A DNA stretch of 37,573 nucleotides from Gammaproteobacteria bacterium. Its GTDB lineage: Bacteria; Pseudomonadota; Gammaproteobacteria; Natronospirales; REEB76. The stretch lies in the NCBI GenBank assembly GCA_050739415.1, contig JBOIBD010000002.1, forward strand, positions 1 to 37,573, read 5' to 3'. Below, piece by piece: positions 1 to 11,100 of the stretch. Numbering within the stretch: the stretch's first letter is position 1; every line of letters begins with the position of its first letter. The notes under the pieces are model-generated. The model was not told the DNA's origin. It did not search any database and saw nothing but the letters and a program-made list of their open reading frames with translations. The position numbers and the translations under genes are program-made.

Positions 1-87
1 GGGGATAATAATTCTTATCAGCGCCGATTTGATACTCAGCTTGCGGGCGCTTTATAAATACGGCTAAAGCGGTGTCATAAATGACCT

Positions 88-116
88 GCTTAAGCGAAAG
101 CTGAGCGGGTTTTTTT
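88..116 (+). terminator. Rho-independent terminator-like hairpin upstream of metF; probably the end of the upstream gene or an attenuator
   Basis: gcttaagc-GAAA-gctgagc forms a stem of about 7 bp with one bulge and a GAAA tetraloop. It is followed by ggg and a run of 7 T (110-116), 15 nt before the metF ATG. Confidence 0.45.
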
Positions 117-130
117 ATGGATGTCAGTTT

Positions 131-1066
131 ATGAATCCGCTTTCCACCTCCTGGGACCAGCAGGCTTTTCCGGTGCATCCGGCAGTGTCTTTCGAGTTCT
201 TTCCACCCAGTACGCCGGAATTGCAAAAGAAACTGTGGCAGGCGCTGGAACGTCTCGCGCCGCTGGCGCCACGCTTCGTGTCGGTGACCTACGGCGCCGG
301 CGGCTCCACCCGTGAGCGCACCCACGAGACCGTGGTTGATATCGAACGGCGCCTGGGTCTGCGCCCGGCCGCGCACCTGACCTGCGTCGGTGCCGACAAG
401 GCCGAGATCAATGCCGTAGCACGTCGCTACTGGCAGGCCGGCATCCGCCATGTGGTGGCGCTGCGCGGCGATCCTCCGGACGGGCAGGGCAAGTTCACAC
501 CACATCCAGGGGGGTACACCTGCGCGGCGGAGCTGGTGGCGGGCTTGAAACGCGTGGCGGATTTCGAGATCAGCGTGGCGGCGCATCCGGAAGTGCATCC
601 CGATGCGGTCTCAGCCCAGGCCGATCTGGAAAACCTCAAGCGCAAGCAGGGCGCCGGCGCGGCCCGCGGCATCACCCAGTTTTTTTTCGACGTAAACGCG
701 TTTCTGCGTTTCCGTGACGCGGCGACAAAGGCAGGCGTAAGCATGCCGCTGGTGCCCGGCATCCTGCCGGTTACAAATTTTCAGCAGGTGCAGAAATTCG
801 CCGCGCGTTGCGGCGCCAGTGTGCCGGCGTCATTGGCGCGTCATTTCGATGGACTCGATGCAGACCCGGAAACCCGTAAGCTGGTAGCGGCGCACGTGGC
901 TGGCGAGCAGTGTCGGCGCTTGCAGACGGAAGGCGTACACGAGTTCCATTTCTATACACTGAACCGGGCGGAACTCACTCGCGCCATCTGTCATCTGCTG
1001 GGTATCCGCGCTGCTAGTCAGCCCTCTATACCCGCGGCGCCCGGCAGCGCTGCGGCCCGCGTCTGA
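131..1066 (+). CDS. metF: 5,10-methylenetetrahydrofolate reductase
   Basis: 311-aa ORF with the MetF N-terminal signature VSFEFFPP...[15 protein letters not shown]. Its length matches bacterial MetF. It sits directly upstream of metH, with a 8-nt gap. Confidence 0.95.
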   Translation: MNPLSTSWDQQAFPVHPAVSFEFFPPSTPELQKKLWQALERLAPLAPRFVSVTYGAGGSTRERTHETVVDIERRLGLRPAAHLTCVGADKAEINAVARRYWQAGIRHVVALRGDPPDGQGKFTPHPGGYTCAAELVAGLKRVADFEISVAAHPEVHPDAVSAQADLENLKRKQGAGAARGITQFFFDVNAFLRFRDAATKAGVSMPLVPGILPVTNFQQVQKFAARCGASVPASLARHFDGLDADPETRKLVAAHVAGEQCRRLQTEGVHEFHFYTLNRAELTRAICHLLGIRAASQPSIPAAPGSAAARV

Positions 1067-1074
1067 GGCTTACT

Positions 1075-4000
1075 ATGTCTTGTCAAACCCTACTCGAAGA
1101 ACTGCTCGGAAAGCGCATCCTGCTACTGGACGGCGCCATGGGCACCATGATCCAGAGCTACAAACTCTCGGAACAGGAATTTCGCGGCGAGCGTTTCAAA
1201 GACCACGATCATGACCTACAGGGTAACAATGATTTACTCACACTGACTCGACCGCAGGTTATCGAGGAGATCCACCAGGCCTATCTGGATGTCGGCGCCG
1301 ACATCATCGAGACCAACAACTTCAATTCAACAGCGATCTCCCAGGCGGACTATGGCACCCAAGCGCTGGTATATGAACTGAACCGCGAGGCCGCACGCCT
1401 AGCGCAACGCCTTACGGAAAAAATGACCCGCGCCACGCCGCACAAGCCGCGCTTCGTGGCCGGCATCCTTGGGCCCACCAGCCGTACCGCGTCCCTGTCA
1501 CCGGATGTGAACGACCCGGGTTTCCGTAATGTGAACTTCGACGAATTGCGTGCCACCTATGCAGATGCTGTCAGCGGCCTGTTGGATGGCGGCGCCGATC
1601 TGTTGATGGTGGAAACTGTGTTCGACACCCTTAACTGCAAGGCAGCACTGTTCGCCATCGAAAAGCAATTCGAACAACGCGGCGAGCGTGTGCCGGTGAT
1701 GATTTCCGCCACCATCACCGATCTTTCCGGCCGCACACTTTCAGGCCAGACGCCCGAAGCCTTCTGGAATTCCGTGCGCCATGTACGCCCATTCAGCATC
1801 GGCTTGAATTGTGCCCTGGGCGCTGAGCAGTTGCGCCCTTACGTGGAAGAACTATCACGCATTGCTGACTGTTATGTGAGCGCCCATCCCAACGCCGGTC
1901 TCCCGAACGCCTTCGGGGGCTACGACGAGACTCCGGAACATATGGCCGGGCTAATTGGTGAATGGGCGGAAAGCGGCTTTCTCAATATCGTGGGCGGCTG
2001 CTGCGGTACCACGCCGGATCATATCCGTGCGCTTTCGGAAGTAATCGTACGGCGTGTGCCTAGGGAAATCCCCGTTATCGAACCGAAGTGTCGCTTGAGC
2101 GGGCTGGAAGCCCTCAACATCGGCTCCGACAGCCTGTTCGTGAATGTGGGTGAGCGCACCAATGTCACCGGTTCGGCAAAATTCAAGAAGCTGATTCTGG
2201 ATGGCGAATACGAAACCGCCCTGGAGGTGGCGCGTGAGCAGGTGCAGAACGGCGCGCAGATGATAGACGTGAACATGGACGAGGGCATGCTGGACGGCGA
2301 GAAAGCCATGCGGCGCTTCCTGAGCCTCATCGCTTCCGAGCCGGACATTTGCAAAGTGCCGGTGATGATCGATTCATCCCGCTGGGAAATCATCGAGGCG
2401 GGCCTGAAACAACTGCAGGGCAAGTGTGTCATCAATTCCATCAGCCTCAAGGAAGGCGAAGAGAAGTTCCTGCACGAAGCCAGACTCGCGCGCCGTTACG
2501 GTGCGGCGGTGGTGGTGATGGCCTTCGATGAAACCGGCCAGGCGGATACCTTGGAGCGGCGCGTAGACATCTGTGCGCGTGCCTACCGGCTGCTTACGGA
2601 AAAGGTAGGCTTCCCGGAGGAGGACATCATCTTCGACCCGAATATCTTTCCGGTCGGCACCGGCATCGAGGTCCACAGCAATTATGCGGTGGACTACTTC
2701 GAGGCGGTGAAACAGCTCAAGCAGAAACTGCCGCAAGCGCTCATCAGCGGCGGCGTCAGCAATGTGTCATTTTCCTTTCGCGGCAACAACACAGTACGCG
2801 AAGCGATGCATGCGGCTTTCTTGTATCACGCCATCCAGGCCGGTATGGACATGGGCATCGTCAACGCCGGCCAGTTGGCGGTTTACCAGGACATTCCCAA
2901 AGAGCTGCTGGAGCAGGTGGAAGACGTACTGCTGAACCGCCGGCCAGACGCGGCGGAACGGCTGGTGCAGTTCGCGGAGACCTTACAGCGCGGTGGCAAG
3001 AAGAAGGTGGAAGATGCGGCTTGGCGGGAGTTGCCGGTCGGGAAACGACTGGCGCATGCGCTGGTGCAAGGCATCACCGACTTTATCGAAGCCGATACGG
3101 AAGAAGCACGCCAGCAGGCCAAGCGGCCGATAGACGTCATAGAAGGCCCGCTCATGGATGGCATGAACGTGGTCGGCGACCTATTTGGCGCCGGCAAGAT
3201 GTTCTTGCCGCAAGTGGTGAAATCCGCGCGCGTCATGAAGAAAGCCGTGGCCTGGCTCATACCTTATATAGAGGCTGAGAAGGACTCCAAAGCCCGCGCC
3301 AAAGGCAAGATCGTCATGGCCACGGTCAAGGGCGATGTGCACGATATCGGCAAGAATATCGTAGGCGTGGTGCTGCAATGCAACAACTATGAAGTGGTCG
3401 ATCTCGGCGTCATGGTGCCGGCCGCAAAAATCCTCGAGACTGCCCGCACCCAAAAAGCCGACATCATCGGTGTTTCCGGTTTGATCACGCCTTCGTTGGA
3501 AGAGATGGCGCATGTAGCGAAAGAAATGCAAAGGGAAGGTTTCAATATTCCGCTGCTCATCGGCGGCGCCACCACCTCGCGGGTCCACACGGCGGTCAAG
3601 ATCGCACCGAATTATTCAGGTTCTGTGACCTACGTGAAGGATGCGTCCCGGGCCGTGAGTGTGGCGACCAGTTTATTGGGCGAGGGCAGGCAGGCGTTCG
3701 TGGATTCCGTGACCAAGGAATATGCAAACGTGCGCGCCCAGCACGCCGGCCGTGAGGATCATACCAAATGGCTGACGCTAGAGCAGGCGCGCGCAAATCG
3801 TACATCCATTGAATGGGAAGGCTATGCGCCTATCAAACCACGCAATCTAGGTGTTGAAGCATTCAATGACTATGCACTGGAAGATATCCGCCGCTATGTA
3901 GACTGGACCCCGTTCTTTCATGTGTGGCAACTGAAGGCCAGTTATCCGCGCATCCTGGACGACCCTGAGAAGGGCGAAGCTGCACGCAAGCTGTTTGCTG

Positions 4001-4755
4001 ACGCTAACCAGATGCTGGACCGTATTATTGCAGAGAAGTGGTTGCGAGCCAGCGCCGTGTATGGTCTGTTTCCAGCCAATGCCGTGAACGGCGATGACGT
4101 AACGGTGTTCAAGAACAGCGATCGGGATGAGCAGCTGATTACCTTCCATTTCCTGCGCCAGCAGCAGGAAAAGCCCACCGGCAAGCCCAATCAATGCCTG
4201 GTGGATTTTATGGCACCGCTGGCTTTGGGTATCGAGGATTATTTCGGCGCCTTCGCTGTTACCGCCGGTCTTGGTATTGAAGAACATTTGCAACGCTTCA
4301 ATGCGGACAATGACGATTACAGTGCTATCCTGTTGAAATCACTTGCCGATCGCCTGGCGGAGGCATTCGCGGAACTGCTGCACGGTCGCGTGCGCCGGGA
4401 ATTCTGGGGCTACGTCCGGGATGAACAGCTCGATAACGATGCCTTGATTCAGGAACAGTACAAAGGTATCCGGCCCGCACCCGGTTATCCCGCCTGTCCC
4501 GAACACACTGAGAAAGGCGGCATTTGGCAACTACTGGATGCGGAACGCCGCGCCAGTATCAAGCTCACGGAACACTACGCCATGTGGCCGGCGGCCGCGG
4601 TCAGCGGGTTTTATTTTTCGCATCCTCAATCGCGCTACTTTGCCGTGGGCAAGATCAACCGCGATCAGGTGGTTGATTATGCTGAACGTAAAGATATGGA
4701 ACTGGAGACTGCTGAACGCTGGTTGGCGCCGAACCTAGGATATACACCCCAGTAG
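1075..4755 (+). CDS. metH: Cobalamin-dependent methionine synthase
   Basis: 1226 aa. It has the Hcy-binding GGCCGTTP motif, a pterin-binding region, the B12-binding DxHxxG motif ([11 protein letters not shown]), and an AdoMet activation domain ([12 protein letters not shown]). GAGG lies 8 nt upstream of the ATG. Confidence 0.97.
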   Translation: MSCQTLLEELLGKRILLLDGAMGTMIQSYKLSEQEFRGERFKDHDHDLQGNNDLLTLTRPQVIEEIHQAYLDVGADIIETNNFNSTAISQADYGTQALVYELNREAARLAQRLTEKMTRATPHKPRFVAGILGPTSRTASLSPDVNDPGFRNVNFDELRATYADAVSGLLDGGADLLMVETVFDTLNCKAALFAIEKQFEQRGERVPVMISATITDLSGRTLSGQTPEAFWNSVRHVRPFSIGLNCALGAEQLRPYVEELSRIADCYVSAHPNAGLPNAFGGYDETPEHMAGLIGEWAESGFLNIVGGCCGTTPDHIRALSEVIVRRVPREIPVIEPKCRLSGLEALNIGSDSLFVNVGERTNVTGSAKFKKLILDGEYETALEVAREQVQNGAQMIDVNMDEGMLDGEKAMRRFLSLIASEPDICKVPVMIDSSRWEIIEAGLKQLQGKCVINSISLKEGEEKFLHEARLARRYGAAVVVMAFDETGQADTLERRVDICARAYRLLTEKVGFPEEDIIFDPNIFPVGTGIEVHSNYAVDYFEAVKQLKQKLPQALISGGVSNVSFSFRGNNTVREAMHAAFLYHAIQAGMDMGIVNAGQLAVYQDIPKELLEQVEDVLLNRRPDAAERLVQFAETLQRGGKKKVEDAAWRELPVGKRLAHALVQGITDFIEADTEEARQQAKRPIDVIEGPLMDGMNVVGDLFGAGKMFLPQVVKSARVMKKAVAWLIPYIEAEKDSKARAKGKIVMATVKGDVHDIGKNIVGVVLQCNNYEVVDLGVMVPAAKILETARTQKADIIGVSGLITPSLEEMAHVAKEMQREGFNIPLLIGGATTSRVHTAVKIAPNYSGSVTYVKDASRAVSVATSLLGEGRQAFVDSVTKEYANVRAQHAGREDHTKWLTLEQARANRTSIEWEGYAPIKPRNLGVEAFNDYALEDIRRYVDWTPFFHVWQLKASYPRILDDPEKGEAARKLFADANQMLDRIIAEKWLRASAVYGLFPANAVNGDDVTVFKNSDRDEQLITFHFLRQQQEKPTGKPNQCLVDFMAPLALGIEDYFGAFAVTAGLGIEEHLQRFNADNDDYSAILLKSLADRLAEAFAELLHGRVRREFWGYVRDEQLDNDALIQEQYKGIRPAPGYPACPEHTEKGGIWQLLDAERRASIKLTEHYAMWPAAAVSGFYFSHPQSRYFAVGKINRDQVVDYAERKDMELETAERWLAPNLGYTPQ

Positions 4756-4935
4756 GAATGAGGCGTGAGCAGTGATGGTTGGGGGAGGTGACGGAGAAGT
4801 GGGTGATTCACTTATGCGAACCGATTCGTCAGATGATAATCGTCATCACCTTAGAAAGATGATGCTGCCTTTGTTAGAATACTAATACTGAATAGAGCTT
4901 TCTTCCTTCCGAAGTCTCCTTCCTAGGGGTGAACA

Positions 4936-7593
4936 ATGTTCAAGACAATATTACTATTGGCCTCGTTGCTGGGGTTATTGTTCCCATTTACCACGAGTGC
5001 GGCCAATCATCCGAATGTATTGCGCGCCACGCTCAAAAACGGCCTGCGGGTCGTGATTGTAAGAAATACCCTGGCGCCGGTGGTGACTACCGAGATGAAT
5101 TATCTCGTCGGTTCTAACGAAGCCCCAGTCGGATTTCCAGGTACCGCACATGCGCTGGAGCACATGATGTTCCGCGGCAGTCCGGGATTATCCAAGGACC
5201 AACTCGCGGAAATATCAGCCGCTATGGGCGGCAATTTCGACGCCGATACCCAAGATACGATTACCCAGTTCTATTTCACAGTGCCGGCCGATGACCTGGA
5301 CGTGGCGTTGCGCATTGCCGCGATCCGCATGCGCGGACTGGATGTGAGCCAGGCAGAGTGGGAGAAAGAGCGTGGCGCTATCGAACAGGAAGTGGCGCGG
5401 GATTTGTCCAATCCCCAATACCTGATGTTCAAGCAATTGCAGGCAGTGATGTTCAAGGGTACGCCCTATGAGCACGATGCACTCGGCACGCGCCCGTCCT
5501 TCAACCAGACTAGCGCGAAAATGCTCAAGGAGTTTTATGGTACTTGGTACGCGCCCAACAACGCGGTTTTCGTCATCGTAGGCGACGTACAGCCTAAAGA
5601 AACACTCGCAAGAATGGAAAAACTTTTCGGCGACATCTCGGCCAAGAAATTGCCGGCACGTCCCGCGTTCAAGTTCGAGCCTGTGCAACCGCAAACCATC
5701 CAGCTGCCCACCGACACGCCCTATGGTCTATCGGTCATTACCTTCCGTCTACCGGGCTATCACAATCCTGACTATGCCGCGGGTGAGATTCTCAGTGATG
5801 TGCTGGCCAGCCAGCGCGGTGTGCTGTATGCCTTGGTTCCGCAAGGCAAAGCGCTGTACGCGGGTTTTGCCGGGATCGCGATGCCGGCCACTGGGCTGGG
5901 TCTGGCGATCGGAGTGTTCCCGAAAGGCGGGGATTCCGCCGCACTGACTGCGGAAATCCGCGAGGTGTTGACGCAGACCCTGAAGGATGGCGTGCAAGCG
6001 GATCTCGTGACGGCTGCGAAGCGTCAGGAAATCGCACAACTGGAATTCCAGAAAAACTCCGTGGTCGGTCTGGCTAATGCCTGGTCAAATGCACTGGCGC
6101 AGCAAGGGCTGGATTCCCCTGACGATATGATCGCGGCCTTCAACAAGGTGACCGTTGCTGATGTGGACCGTGTGGCGAGGGCATATCTTAACCAGGACCA
6201 AGCGTTCACGGCCATCATGACGCCGGAATCATCCGGCAAACCAGTCTCGAGTAAGGGCTATGGTGGCGCCGAATCATTCTCCGCAGCACCGGAAAAAGCC
6301 GTGCCGCTGCCGAAATGGGCAGAAACAGTACTCGCGCAGTTGAATATGCCGCGATCTACATTGAGTCCTATCGTCAGCACGCTGCCGAACGGGATCAAAC
6401 TTATCGTGCAACCCACGAACGTCAGTAATACCGTGAGCGTGTACGGTCGCATCAAGAATCAGCCGGATTTGCAGCAACCAGCCGGCCAGGACGGCGTCAA
6501 CCAGGTGCTGAACGGCTTGTTCAGCTACGGCACGACGAATCTGGACCGGTTAGCTTTCCAGAAGGCATTGGACGATATCGCTGCCCAGGAATTTGCGGGC
6601 ACGAATTTCTCCGTACAAGTACCGGTAGCGCATTTTGACCAGGCCGTGAAACTGCTGGCTGATAACGAACTACATCCGGCACTGCCGGATCAGGCCTTCA
6701 AAGTGGCACAGATGCAGACCGCACGTCTGGTAGCGGGTCAATTACAGAGTCCTGAGTACTTATTCCGCCGCACAGGCATCAAGGCGCTGGTGCCGGCCGG
6801 TGATCCGACCCTGCGGGAAGCTACACCGCAGAGCGTCATGGGACTAAAACTCCAGGACGTACAGGCTTATCACCAGACGGCCTTCCGGCCGGACCTGACT
6901 AGTATCGTAGTGATCGGCAAGATTTCGCCGGTAGAGGCTAAGTCAGTCATCGAAAAGTATTTCGGTGGCTGGAAGGCAGGAGGCACGAAACCGGTCACCA
7001 ATCTGCCAGCCATCCCGCTCAACAAGCCATCCGCGGCGGTAGTGCCGGACAAGACCAGTGTGCAGGATACGGTCGCGTTGATGCAGACTCTGGGCGTGAA
7101 CCTGTTCAGTCCGGACCGTTATGCCTTGCAACTGGGCAACCAGGTGCTTGGAGCCGGTTTCTACGCTTCGCGTCTGTATCGAGACCTGCGCGAGAAGACC
7201 GGTCTTGTGTATAACGTCAGCTCTCGATTCGACCTCACACCCACACGCGGCACCTTTACGGTGGAATATGGCAGCGATCCGGATAAGATCAAACAGGCTC
7301 GGGCACTGATCATACGCGACCTTACTGATATGCAGAGAACCCCGGTGACACCGGTGGAACTGCAGCGGGCCAAGGCGCTGGCGCTGCGTGGCATACCGCT
7401 CCAGCAATCCAGTGTGGACAGCATCGCGGACAACTGGCTGACTTTTGCCACAGACGGCCTGCCTTTGGATGAGCCGATGGTTGCAGCACATCACTACATA
7501 CTACTCACAGCACCGGAGATTCAGGCAGCTTACAAGCAGTGGTTGCGGCCTGCTGATCTGGTGGAGATCGTGAAGGGACCGAATCCGCAATGA
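4936..7593 (+). CDS. Secreted M16 (pitrilysin/insulinase) family zinc peptidase with two tandem M16 units
   Basis: N-terminal signal peptide (MFKTILLLASLLGLLFPFTTSAA). The inverted zinc motif HxxEH (HALEHMMFRG) is in the first half. The second half starts with a similar LPNGIKLIVQP strand but lacks HxxEH. Confidence 0.9.
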   Translation: MFKTILLLASLLGLLFPFTTSAANHPNVLRATLKNGLRVVIVRNTLAPVVTTEMNYLVGSNEAPVGFPGTAHALEHMMFRGSPGLSKDQLAEISAAMGGNFDADTQDTITQFYFTVPADDLDVALRIAAIRMRGLDVSQAEWEKERGAIEQEVARDLSNPQYLMFKQLQAVMFKGTPYEHDALGTRPSFNQTSAKMLKEFYGTWYAPNNAVFVIVGDVQPKETLARMEKLFGDISAKKLPARPAFKFEPVQPQTIQLPTDTPYGLSVITFRLPGYHNPDYAAGEILSDVLASQRGVLYALVPQGKALYAGFAGIAMPATGLGLAIGVFPKGGDSAALTAEIREVLTQTLKDGVQADLVTAAKRQEIAQLEFQKNSVVGLANAWSNALAQQGLDSPDDMIAAFNKVTVADVDRVARAYLNQDQAFTAIMTPESSGKPVSSKGYGGAESFSAAPEKAVPLPKWAETVLAQLNMPRSTLSPIVSTLPNGIKLIVQPTNVSNTVSVYGRIKNQPDLQQPAGQDGVNQVLNGLFSYGTTNLDRLAFQKALDDIAAQEFAGTNFSVQVPVAHFDQAVKLLADNELHPALPDQAFKVAQMQTARLVAGQLQSPEYLFRRTGIKALVPAGDPTLREATPQSVMGLKLQDVQAYHQTAFRPDLTSIVVIGKISPVEAKSVIEKYFGGWKAGGTKPVTNLPAIPLNKPSAAVVPDKTSVQDTVALMQTLGVNLFSPDRYALQLGNQVLGAGFYASRLYRDLREKTGLVYNVSSRFDLTPTRGTFTVEYGSDPDKIKQARALIIRDLTDMQRTPVTPVELQRAKALALRGIPLQQSSVDSIADNWLTFATDGLPLDEPMVAAHHYILLTAPEIQAAYKQWLRPADLVEIVKGPNPQ

Positions 7594-7749
7594 CAAGGTG
7601 GGAGTGTATGCGGGGTCAGAAGGGGAGTCTAAGATAGCGTGCGCAAGCGGGTACTGCAGCAGCATAGTAAGGATCCGCAATCGCCGGCCTTTTCCTGCCG
7701 TTGTCGTGGACGTCACACCAAGTATTTACTTGAAGCGCATGCAAATTCG

Positions 7750-7778
7750 TTGACTCTATAATGGTCGAGGGCTAGGAT
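7750..7778 (+). promoter_or_regulatory. Candidate sigma70 promoter for the mgtA leader
   Basis: TTGACT (7750-7755), a 17-nt spacer, then TAGGAT (7773-7778). A perfect TATAAT at 7757-7762 overlaps this but has no properly spaced -35. Confidence 0.35.
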
Positions 7779-8190
7779 GCGCGCCGACTCGGTAATTGGA
7801 GGAGCCCCGATGGGCAGTTGCAGTAGTTGCTGTAATCAAAAAACCCACCTGATGGGTACGACCTCCCTCGCCTGATTCCTTCTTTTTCGCGTGGGTAACT
7901 GTGCCACCAGGCACTCATGGACATCCACGCGGCCATGCCAGAACAAGAAATTACCTTAAAAATTGCTGCTACTGGCTCGACGTCTTCAACGTTGTGCGTA
8001 CCCGCGACCTATTTGAGGCAGCTCCCACGTTCAGAAAACCACTGCCTTCCAGCACGACCGCCGGCGTTGTGCATTTGCGTATCGGCTGATACCGGGATTA
8101 ACCCGTGCCGATGCGCCCCGACTCAAGCGGGCCAAGTACGTGGAACGTAAGGTAACAAACTATCTTTTGCGCGTAGGCAACTTGAGGCGC

Positions 8191-10860
8191 GGCATGCTTC
8201 CCAACGGTGAGCATCAGGCAAGCCGTGTGCATGCGCGTCTGCTGGCGGTCAGCCGCATGGGAGCCCAGGATGCCCTGGATGAATTTCGCACCAGCATCCA
8301 GGGTCTGACCACACCCGAGGCCGAGGAGCGTCTGACCGAGCACGGCGCCAACACTGTGGCGCGTGAAAAGAAAAAAGGCTGGTTCAGGCAACTACTTATC
8401 CGGCTCGCAAACCCACTTAATCTGCTGCTCATCATTCTGTCCATCATGTCGCTGGTGACCGGCGACATGACCGGCGCTGGCATTATTTTCATCATGGTGG
8501 TGGTGGCCATTACCCTTGCTTGGGTTCAGGAAGCTCGATCCAACCGCGCTGCCGAAAAGCTCCATGCCATGGTGAAGACCACGGCCACGGTGCTGCGCCA
8601 GGAAGAAGTCGAGGACGCCGAACCGACGGGACAAAAGGCAGGGGAGGAGGCGGACACGAAACCACAAGCGGTGTTCAAGCCGGTCCGCAAACAGGTGCCC
8701 ATTGACGAACTGGTGCCGGGCGATCTGGTACAGCTTTCCGCTGGCGACATGATACCCGCCGATGTGCGCCTGCTGTCAGCCAAGGATTTGTTCATCAATC
8801 AGTCCTCGCTCACCGGCGAATCCCTGCCAGTAGAGAAACTGGCGGTGGCGGAAGGTGAAGAGGGCCATCCGTTGGAAACCGCCAATCTCTGTTTCATGGG
8901 CACCAATGTGCTAAGTGGTACTGCTATCGCGCTGGTGGTGATGACCGGCGCCGATACCTACTTCGGTTCACTGGCCAACACCTTGGTGAGCGCGCGTGTG
9001 CAAACCAGTTTCGACAAGGGCGTGCATCGCTTCACCTGGTTGATGATCCGTTTCATGTTGGTGATGGTGCCGCTGGTATTCCTGGTCAACGGTTTGACGA
9101 AGGGCGATTGGGCGGAAGCTTTGATGTTCGCTCTGTCAGTGGCGGTGGGACTTACGCCTGAGATGCTGCCGGTGATCGTGACCGCGAATCTCGCAAAGGG
9201 CGCGTTGTCAATGTCGCGCAAGAAAGTCATTGTCAAACGCTTGAGTTCCATCCAGAACTTCGGCGCCATTGACGTGCTGTGCACCGACAAGACGGGCACG
9301 CTCACGCAAGACAAGGTGTTCCTGGAAAAACACGTGGATCTCAACGGCAACGACAATGAACAGGTATTGGAACTGGCATTTCTCAACAGCTATTACCAGT
9401 CCGGGCTGCGCAACCTGCTAGACGTGGCAGTGCTGGAAAAGGTTGAGATGTACGCCGACCTGCACCCAGAGCGCAATTACCGCAAGGTGGACGAGATTCC
9501 GTTCGATTTTCAGCGCCGCCGCATGTCGGTGGTGGTGGAGGAGGAACACGAACGGCACCTGCTGATCTGCAAGGGCGCGGTGGAGGAAACCTTCAGCATC
9601 TGCTCGCATGTCGAGGTGGACGGGCACCGAAAATCGCTGGTGCCCGAGGATCTGGCGAAGCTGCAGGACATGACCCTGGCGCTGAACCAGGACGGTTTTC
9701 GGGTCATCGCAGTGGCTTACAAAGAAATCATCGAGCCCAAGCGCACCTACAGCGTAGCGGATGAGTGCGACATGGTATTGCTCGGCTACATCGCCTTCCT
9801 GGATCCACCCAAGGAATCCGCCAGTCAGGCCATCGCCAAGCTCAGAGAGCATGGTGTCAAGGTCAAAGTGCTCACCGGCGACAACGATGCCGTGACCCGC
9901 AAAATTTGCTCACAAGTTGGCTTGGAAGTCGAGCACATCGTGCTCGGCGGCGACATCGAGAATATGAGCGACGAGGGCCTGGCAGACATTGCAGAGGGAG
10001 CCGCAGTATTCGCCAAGCTCTCCCCGGAACAGAAAGCACGCGTGATTCACGCACTGCAAGTCCGTCACCACGTGGTGGGGTTCCTGGGCGATGGCATCAA
10101 CGATGGTCCAGCGCTCAAGGCAGCGGATGTAGGTATTTCCGTAGATAGTGCGGTGGATATCGCCAAGGAGTCCGCTGACATCATCCTGCTCGAGAAAAGC
10201 CTGATGGTGCTGGAAGAGGGCGTCATCGAGGGCCGCAAGGTATTCGGCAATATTATCAAGTACATCAAGATGGGGGCCAGCTCCAACTTCGGTAACATGT
10301 TCAGCGTGCTGGGCGCAAGCATCTTTTTGCCATTCCTTCCTATGGCTCCGATCCAGATTCTAGTCAACAATCTTCTCTATGATTTTTCGCAGACAGCAAT
10401 ACCGACCGACAACGTGGATCCGGAATATCTGCAGAAACCGCGCCAATGGGATTTGCACAATATCGGCTGGTATATGGTGGTCATCGGGCCGATCAGTTCA
10501 GTGTTCGATTACATTACGTTCGGTATCCTGATTATATTTTTCAATGGCTGGCACGATGCGGCCTTGTTTCAGACCAGCTGGTTCGTGGAATCCATCCTCA
10601 CCCAGACGCTGATCGTGCACGTGATCCGTACCGCCAAGGTGCCATTCATTCAGAGCTGGCCGAGCTGGTCGTTGCTGGGTACTACCATCCTGATTAGTAT
10701 CATCGGTGTGTGGCTGCCATTTAGCTGGCTGGCGCATGGCTTCGGCATGGTGCCAGTGCCGATGAAGTTCCTGTTGATCATGCCATTCATCATGGTGGCC
10801 TACGTCGCGCTCACTCAGTGGGCCAAGAGCCGGCTGGTGCGGCGGTTTGGATTGAATTGA
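8191..10860 (+). CDS. mgtA: Magnesium-translocating P-type ATPase
   Basis: P-type motifs TGES (SLTGESLPVEK), the phosphorylation site CTDKTGTLT, and GDGINDGPALKAADVGISV. The size and N-terminus resemble enterobacterial MgtA. The ORF is open from 8140 (GTG). I prefer the ATG at 8191 because GAGG lies 8 nt upstream of it. The exact start is uncertain. Confidence 0.93.
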   Translation, partial: GMLPNGEHQASRVHARLLAVSRMGAQDALDEFRTSIQGLTTPEAEERLTEHGANTVAREKKKGWFRQLLIRLANPLNLLLIILSIMSLVTGDMTGAGIIFIMVVVAITLAWVQEARSNRAAEKLHAMVKTTATVLRQEEVEDAEPTGQKAGEEADTKPQAVFKPVRKQVPIDELVPGDLVQLSAGDMIPADVRLLSAKDLFINQSSLTGESLPVEKLAVAEGEEGHPLETANLCFMGTNVLSGTAIALVVMTGADTYFGSLANTLVSARVQTSFDKGVHRFTWLMIRFMLVMVPLVFLVNGLTKGDWAEALMFALSVAVGLTPEMLPVIVTANLAKGALSMSRKKVIVKRLSSIQNFGAIDVLCTDKTGTLTQDKVFLEKHVDLNGNDNEQVLELAFLNSYYQSGLRNLLDVAVLEKVEMYADLHPERNYRKVDEIPFDFQRRRMSVVVEEEHERHLLICKGAVEETFSICSHVEVDGHRKSLVPEDLAKLQDMTLALNQDGFRVIAVAYKEIIEPKRTYSVADECDMVLLGYIAFLDPPKESASQAIAKLREHGVKVKVLTGDNDAVTRKICSQVGLEVEHIVLGGDIENMSDEGLADIAEGAAVFAKLSPEQKARVIHALQVRHHVVGFLGDGINDGPALKAADVGISVDSAVDIAKESADIILLEKSLMVLEEGVIEGRKVFGNIIKYIKMGASSNFGNMFSVLGASIFLPFLPMAPIQILVNNLLYDFSQTAIPTDNVDPEYLQKPRQWDLHNIGWYMVVIGPISSVFDYITFGILIIFFNGWHDAALFQTSWFVESILTQTLIVHVIRTAKVPFIQSWPSWSLLGTTILISIIGVWLPFSWLAHGFGMVPVPMKFLLIMPFIMVAYVALTQWAKSRLVRRFGLN

Positions 10861-10900
10861 TGATCAGACACAGAAGTATGGAAACACAACTTCGGCGCGA

Positions 10901-10993
10901 ATGATCAATATTACCAATAAAGCAGCGCAACTGCTGCTGATATTGATTGTCTTGTCCGCAATCTACTACCTGCTCATGGGAGAGCGCAGCTGA
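10901..10993 (+). CDS. Possible 30-aa single-TM small protein trailing mgtA (MINITNKAAQLLLILIVLSAIYYLLMGERS)
   Basis: ATG-to-TGA ORF 40 nt after the mgtA stop, on the same strand. It has a hydrophobic core of about 19 residues flanked by polar ends. Its ATG overlaps the TGA of an 8-codon mini-ORF (ATGA). There is no strong Shine-Dalgarno sequence. It lies upstream of the strong hairpin at 11064-11096. Confidence 0.25.
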   Translation: MINITNKAAQLLLILIVLSAIYYLLMGERS

Positions 10994-11063
10994 GCTGACG
11001 GTGGTATGCGAGAAAAACCAGTATGAACCCACAGAATTTTCTTTCAGGCTCATTGGCCTCGAT

Positions 11064-11096
11064 TTGTGGGAGCGGTGGCGCCCACCGCTCCCACAA
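11064..11096. terminator. GC-rich 14-bp perfect stem-loop between the convergent mgtA and BNR genes
   Basis: ttgtgggagcggtg-gcgcc-caccgctcccacaa. It starts 4 nt from the stop of the minus-strand gene. Neither side has a clear U-tract, so it may be a bidirectional terminator, an RNA stabiliser or a REP-like hairpin. Confidence 0.5.
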
Positions 11097-11100
11097 TCAA

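Noticed and set aside
121-315. A 64-aa ORF overlaps the metF start in another frame.
   Set aside because: It lies entirely within metF, which has a clear family signature. It has no independent support.
7901-8150. ORFs of 62 and 77 aa lie in the mgtA leader.
   Set aside because: They have no Shine-Dalgarno sequence. Their composition is Arg/Pro/Ala-rich, they overlap each other in different frames, and they run into the mgtA start region. They are more likely non-coding leader RNA.
7875-8190. I looked for an M-box (ykoK) Mg2+ riboswitch upstream of mgtA.
   Set aside because: I could not identify the conserved M-box core helices by eye. Only a small GTGCC-acca-GGCAC hairpin (7901-7914) stands out. 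A covariance-model scan is needed before any claim can be made.
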